58,290 nucleotides of DNA from positions 1 through 58,290 of the forward strand of contig PKSY01000157.1 of the NCBI GenBank assembly GCA_002869405.1. The letters are read 5' to 3'. This DNA is from Marinilabiliales bacterium. GTDB taxonomy: Bacteria > Bacteroidota > Bacteroidia > Bacteroidales > BM520. Position 1 is the stretch's first letter. Every line of letters starts with the position of its first letter. Shown here piece by piece: positions 54,593-58,290 of this stretch. Below the pieces are notes generated by a model. It saw nothing but the letters and a program-made list of their open reading frames with translations. It did no database searches and had not been told where the DNA came from. A program made the position numbers and the translations under genes.

Positions 54593-56983
54593 ATGAAGAG
54601 AATACTAACAATGATGGCAATTTTTCTGTTGCCAGCGGTAACGTTCGCAAGTGAAGCGGACCTGGAGGTTCCAAGTTTAAAAAACAGTCTGTTTTCCAAT
54701 TTAGGCCTTAGCGGTTGGGAATTACTGCTCTACGGCAGTGTTATTGTTATCCTCGGATTGCTATTTGGATTATGGCAGTATAAAAAAATCGAGAAACTGC
54801 CCGCACACAAATCGATGCTCAATGTGGCCAAGATTATTTACGAAACCTGTAAAACCTATCTTTTACAACAAGGTAAATTTCTTATCATCCTTTTCGCCAT
54901 CCTCGCGGTAGCCATTATTTATTACTTCGGCTTTTTGAGTCACATGAGTTTTGGCAGAACAGCGCTCATCGTGCTGTGGACGATACTCGGTATCCTCGGA
55001 TCATACGGTGTGGCATGGTTTGGTATCCGTATCAACACCCTGGCCAATGCACGTACATCCTTTGCATCGCTGAAAAGCAAGCCCTGGGATGTGGTACGTA
55101 TTCCACTGCAGGCAGGTATGAGTGTTGGAGTACTCCTCATCGCCGTGGAGCTGATCATGATGCTCTTCATCCTCCTCTTTGTGCCGGGTGAAGCAGCAGG
55201 CGCATGTTTCATCGGCTTCGCCATTGGTGAATCACTCGGTGCCAGTGCGCTGCGTATCGCAGGTGGTATCTTTACCAAAATCGCCGATATCGGTGCCGAC
55301 CTTATGAAAATCGTTTTCAACATCGGTGAAGATGACCCGCGTAACCCCGGAGTTATCGCCGACTGTACCGGTGACAACGCAGGTGACTCTGTAGGTCCTA
55401 CCGCCGACGGTTTCGAAACATACGGTGTAACCGGTGTGGCCCTCATATCATTCATCATCCTCGCTTTTAAAGAGATTCCTTTCCAGGGAACAGTAATCGC
55501 ATGGATCTTCGCAATGCGCATTATGATGGTCTTCACCTCGCTGTTCTCATATTGGGTTAACGACATGATCTCCAACAGACGCTTTAAAGATAAAGAGCGT
55601 TTTAACTTTGAAATTCCTCTCACTACACTGGTATGGATTACTTCCATCATCTCTATAGTTGTGACCTATATTGTAAGCTATATTCTTATTGGTGAAATCG
55701 TTACAGAAAGCGGATTACATATCACCGACATCTGGTGGAAGCTGGCTACCATTATTAGTTGCGGTACACTTGCAGCAGCACTGATTCCTGAACTCACCAA
55801 AGCCTTTACCTCCTCAAAATCGCGTCATGTACAGGAAGTTGTTACAGCCAGCCGCGAAGGAGGAGCATCACTGAACATCCTCTCCGGTATGGTTGCAGGT
55901 AACTTCAGCGCATTCTGGAAAGGGATGGTGATGGTAGGACTGATGGCCGTCGCATATTATGTAAGCCAGCTTGGCCTCGGTGAACTGATGACCAACCCGA
56001 GTATCTTCGCCTTCGGTCTTGTGGCCTTTGGTTTCCTCGGCATGGGTCCTGTAACCATTGCGGTTGACAGCTACGGACCGGTGACCGACAACGCACAGTC
56101 TGTATTTGAGCTTTCACGTATTGAGAGCATAGAGTATATTCACGACGAGATTGAGCGTGACTTCGGATTCCGTCCTGACTTTGAAATGGGCAAACATAAC
56201 CTCGAAGAGAATGACTCGGCAGGTAACACCTTTAAAGCTACTGCCAAGCCCGTGCTTATCGGTACCGCGGTAATTGGAGCTACCACAATGATCTTTAGTA
56301 TCATCCTCATCCTTGAGCACGCAGGACTGCTGGACATCCAGCTCACCTCTGCCCCTGTGCTTCTCGGATTCATCGCCGGTGGTGCAGTGATCTACTGGTT
56401 CTCGGGAGCCTCCATGCAGGCCGTAACAACCGGAGCATACAGAGCCGTGGAATTCATCAAAAAGAACATCAAACTCGATAAAGACGAAGCCGACATAGAA
56501 GACAGTAAAGCCGTGGTAAAGATCTGTACACAGTACGCCCAGCAGGGTATGTGGAACATCTTCGGCGTGATCTTCAGCATCACCCTCGCCTTTGCATTTA
56601 TCGATCCCAACTTCTTTGTATCGTACCTTATCTCCATTGCCGTCTTCGGGCTGTTCCAGGCGATGTACATGGCCAATGCCGGCGGAGCGTGGGACAATGC
56701 GAAAAAGGTTGTGGAAGTTGATTTAAAAGAGAAGAACACCCCGCTTCACGAAGCCTGTGTTGTTGGCGACACAGTGGGTGACCCCTATAAGGACACCTCT
56801 TCAGTGGCCCTAAACCCCATAATCAAGTTTTCTACCCTCTTCGGACTGTTAGCCGCCGAGATCTCCATTGGATTAATTGGCAAGGGACAGGCCACCACCT
56901 CAGTATGGATTGGCGTAGCCTTTTTAGCTGTGGCTTTGGCCTTTGTATACCGTAGTTTCTACGGCATGCGGATAAAGAAGTAG
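54593..56983 (+). CDS. hppA: Membrane-integral (H+/Na+-translocating) pyrophosphatase
   Basis: 796 aa with ~16 TM helices. Motifs GGIFTKIADIGADL, DCTGDNAGDSVGP, GGAWDNAKK, DTVGDPYKDTS. Confidence 0.95.
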   Translation: MKRILTMMAIFLLPAVTFASEADLEVPSLKNSLFSNLGLSGWELLLYGSVIVILGLLFGLWQYKKIEKLPAHKSMLNVAKIIYETCKTYLLQQGKFLIILFAILAVAIIYYFGFLSHMSFGRTALIVLWTILGILGSYGVAWFGIRINTLANARTSFASLKSKPWDVVRIPLQAGMSVGVLLIAVELIMMLFILLFVPGEAAGACFIGFAIGESLGASALRIAGGIFTKIADIGADLMKIVFNIGEDDPRNPGVIADCTGDNAGDSVGPTADGFETYGVTGVALISFIILAFKEIPFQGTVIAWIFAMRIMMVFTSLFSYWVNDMISNRRFKDKERFNFEIPLTTLVWITSIISIVVTYIVSYILIGEIVTESGLHITDIWWKLATIISCGTLAAALIPELTKAFTSSKSRHVQEVVTASREGGASLNILSGMVAGNFSAFWKGMVMVGLMAVAYYVSQLGLGELMTNPSIFAFGLVAFGFLGMGPVTIAVDSYGPVTDNAQSVFELSRIESIEYIHDEIERDFGFRPDFEMGKHNLEENDSAGNTFKATAKPVLIGTAVIGATTMIFSIILILEHAGLLDIQLTSAPVLLGFIAGGAVIYWFSGASMQAVTTGAYRAVEFIKKNIKLDKDEADIEDSKAVVKICTQYAQQGMWNIFGVIFSITLAFAFIDPNFFVSYLISIAVFGLFQAMYMANAGGAWDNAKKVVEVDLKEKNTPLHEACVVGDTVGDPYKDTSSVALNPIIKFSTLFGLLAAEISIGLIGKGQATTSVWIGVAFLAVALAFVYRSFYGMRIKK

Positions 56984-57018
56984 AGGACTACCAGGACTAA
57001 CACACGAACAATAGTATG

Positions 57019-57049
57019 AAGCCTCTCGACGGAAGTTGGGGGGCTTTTT
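57019..57049 (+). terminator. Probable intrinsic terminator after hppA
   Basis: aagcctc ... ggggctt (7 bp including one G-U) followed by TTTTT. Confidence 0.5.
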
Positions 57050-57097
57050 GGTTGTTGGTTGTTGGTTGTTGGTTGTTGGTTGTTGGTTGTTGGTTGG
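57049..57097. repeat. Heptanucleotide microsatellite (TGGTTGT)x6 plus one imperfect unit
   Basis: Six perfect units at 57049-57090, then TGGTTGG. Confidence 0.9.
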
Positions 57098-57108
57098 CGG
57101 TTGACGAT

Positions 57109-57139
57109 GACCCGACAGGTATCTTTCTCCTGTCGGGTC
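57109..57139. repeat. Perfect 11-bp stem hairpin
   Basis: gacccgacagg (57109-57119) / cctgtcgggtc (57129-57139) with a 9-nt loop. There is no T-run on either side. Confidence 0.7.
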
Positions 57140-57188
57140 TGGAAGATAACGATGTGAAAAGTTTTCATTGTTGTCGGGTTGTGGGCTC

Positions 57189-57270
57189 GACTCCGCTCGC
57201 CCACCGTGGCTCGGCTTCGCTCGCCCACCGCTGACTCCGCTCGCCCACCGTGGCTCGCCCACCGCTGACC
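57189..57270. repeat. GC-rich ~21-22-bp tandem repeat, core GCTCGCCCACCG x4
   Basis: Core copies begin at about 57196, 57218, 57239 and 57253, alternating -TGGCTCG and -CTGAC(T/C) tails. It shares the CCACCGTGGCTC / GTGGCTC words with the 50.5-kb repeats. Confidence 0.8.
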
Positions 57271-57426
57271 ATCGTGACGAAAGAGAATTGGAGTGTTTGG
57301 TTGCTAAGCATCTTCAGGATGCTAAGCAACTTACATATAATATTACTTTCTATTTTTTGGATAATTAAATTCAAAACCCTACTTTTATCCCACAAAACAC
57401 GACCTTAAAACCTCTAGATTTGAAAT

Positions 57427-58017
57427 ATGAAAGCTTTTTTCACCTGGATTTTATTATTTACAACAGCTATTACTGTTTCAGCACAAATTGACACAAATGC
57501 CACTGATCATTTAAAATTCAAAGGAGTACCGATAGATGGCACGCTGAATGAATTTGTTGCAGAGCTGAAACAAAGTGGATTTATGCATACGGGAACAGAA
57601 GACGGGGTAGCATTGTTTGAAGGGGAATTTGCAGGGTTTAAAGGTTGTTTGATTGGTGTAATGACGATTGATAAGCGTGATTTAGTATGTGTAGTTTCTG
57701 TAATATTTCCAGAACAAGATACCTGGGCATCCTTAAACCACGATTATGCATTCCTGAATGAATTACTAACAGAAAAATATGGAGAGCCTGATGAGACATC
57801 GAATGAATTTTCATCCGGAGAGCCCGGATCTGATTTTCTCAAAATGCATGGATTAATAAATGATGAATGCCTCATTTATTCTTCATACGAACGACAAAAT
57901 GGAAGCATTCAAATTTCACTTGAAGGAGGTGAATACAATACAGGATTCGTAAAATTGTCTTATTATGACAAAACAAACTACGAGACAATCAGACAAGAAG
58001 CACTAAACGATCTATAA
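57427..58017 (+). CDS. Hypothetical secreted protein
   Basis: 196 aa with signal peptide (…ITVSAQ). I recognise no family. Confidence 0.6.
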   Translation: MKAFFTWILLFTTAITVSAQIDTNATDHLKFKGVPIDGTLNEFVAELKQSGFMHTGTEDGVALFEGEFAGFKGCLIGVMTIDKRDLVCVVSVIFPEQDTWASLNHDYAFLNELLTEKYGEPDETSNEFSSGEPGSDFLKMHGLINDECLIYSSYERQNGSIQISLEGGEYNTGFVKLSYYDKTNYETIRQEALNDL

Positions 58018-58177
58018 AATATGAGCACCAACAAGGCCAAATTTGATTTGTATTTTTGAAAAACGCAACAACATAAACACAACACAATGAATACTTCAAC
58101 CGAAATCCGAAGCTACAGAGGTCTGGAAAAAATTGGAGCATACATTTGATCGTTTGGGGCTAGGCTAAAATAAAAAC

Positions 58178-58290
58178 ATGAAAATGGATAAAATGCATCA
58201 GAAATTTACCAACATAGGTGATTCGTTTTTTGATATAGAGCAGTTTGAGCAAGCTTTGGACTATTATCTAAAAGCAAATGACTTAAATGA
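58178..58290 (+). CDS. 5' end of a possible TPR-containing protein (partial, runs off window)
   Basis: ATG 58178 is open to the window end (MKMDKMHQKFTNIGDSFFDIEQFEQALDYYLKANDLN). A TPR-like A-x-x-Y-Y-x-K-A pattern is present. Confidence 0.35.
   Translation, partial: MKMDKMHQKFTNIGDSFFDIEQFEQALDYYLKANDLN

Noticed and set aside
54940-55650. 236-aa ORF on the minus strand inside hppA (also 55905-56117, 56140-56373 and 56392-56739).
   Set aside because: It is antisense to a strongly conserved pyrophosphatase frame. The composition is Ser/Pro/Ala/Arg-rich, typical of shadow ORFs in a locally GC-richer gene. There are no motifs.
56924-57395. ORFs encoding QPTTNNQ-type peptide repeats and RWASG/GRAxxxxG repeats.
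   Set aside because: They are translations of the heptamer microsatellite and the GC-rich tandem repeat. They overlap the hppA 3' end and terminator, occur in several frames and on both strands, and have no start context.

Overview
This 58.3-kb segment looks like core chromosome of a Bacteroidota bacterium. Supporting this: a T9SS PorQ-like protein, a protease with a T9SS C-terminal sorting domain, lineage-typical DUF5683/DUF1573/DUF3276/DUF3127 genes, a long NusB, and many TAnnTTTG -7 promoter boxes. I count about 58 tightly packed protein-coding genes, almost all housekeeping. They include zinc ABC uptake, a 5-gene glycosyltransferase operon, a TonB-dependent receptor, coaE-ybbR-yajC-DUF1573-nusB, parA-parB-DUF5683-dapB-lepB, msrBA, ftsK-lolA-aat-guaD, clpS, aroC, rplS, recR, dnaB, a BFN nuclease-nupC-thyA-folA operon and a membrane pyrophosphatase. 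I found no rRNA or tRNA genes, CRISPR arrays, integrases, transposases, prophage genes or recognisable defence or toxin modules. I therefore do not think this is an accessory island, and I cannot point to a clear-cut new multi-gene system. Seven items deserve a second look. (1) Three otherwise perfectly conserved genes (znuC, recR, thyA) each carry a single clean in-frame stop codon. (2) The glycosyltransferase operon is built around a bacterial TMTC-like GT-C membrane protein with TPRs, a polyprenyl-P-sugar-synthase-like GT2 and DUF2304; this is my best candidate for an undescribed system (periplasmic glycosylation). (3) An isoaspartyl-dipeptidase homologue appears to have lost every metal ligand. 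(4) A family of GC-rich structured repeats fills two long intergenic regions (50.5 kb and 57.1 kb). (5) A 440-nt non-coding tract ends in an orphan terminator and is enriched in TTCGAA palindromes. (6) A DUF3127 OB-fold protein has an SSB-like disordered linker and a C-terminal DLPF tip. (7) DUF4301 shows nucleotide-sugar pyrophosphorylase-like motifs. All family assignments come from motif recognition by eye, without searches. Start codons are the least certain coordinates.
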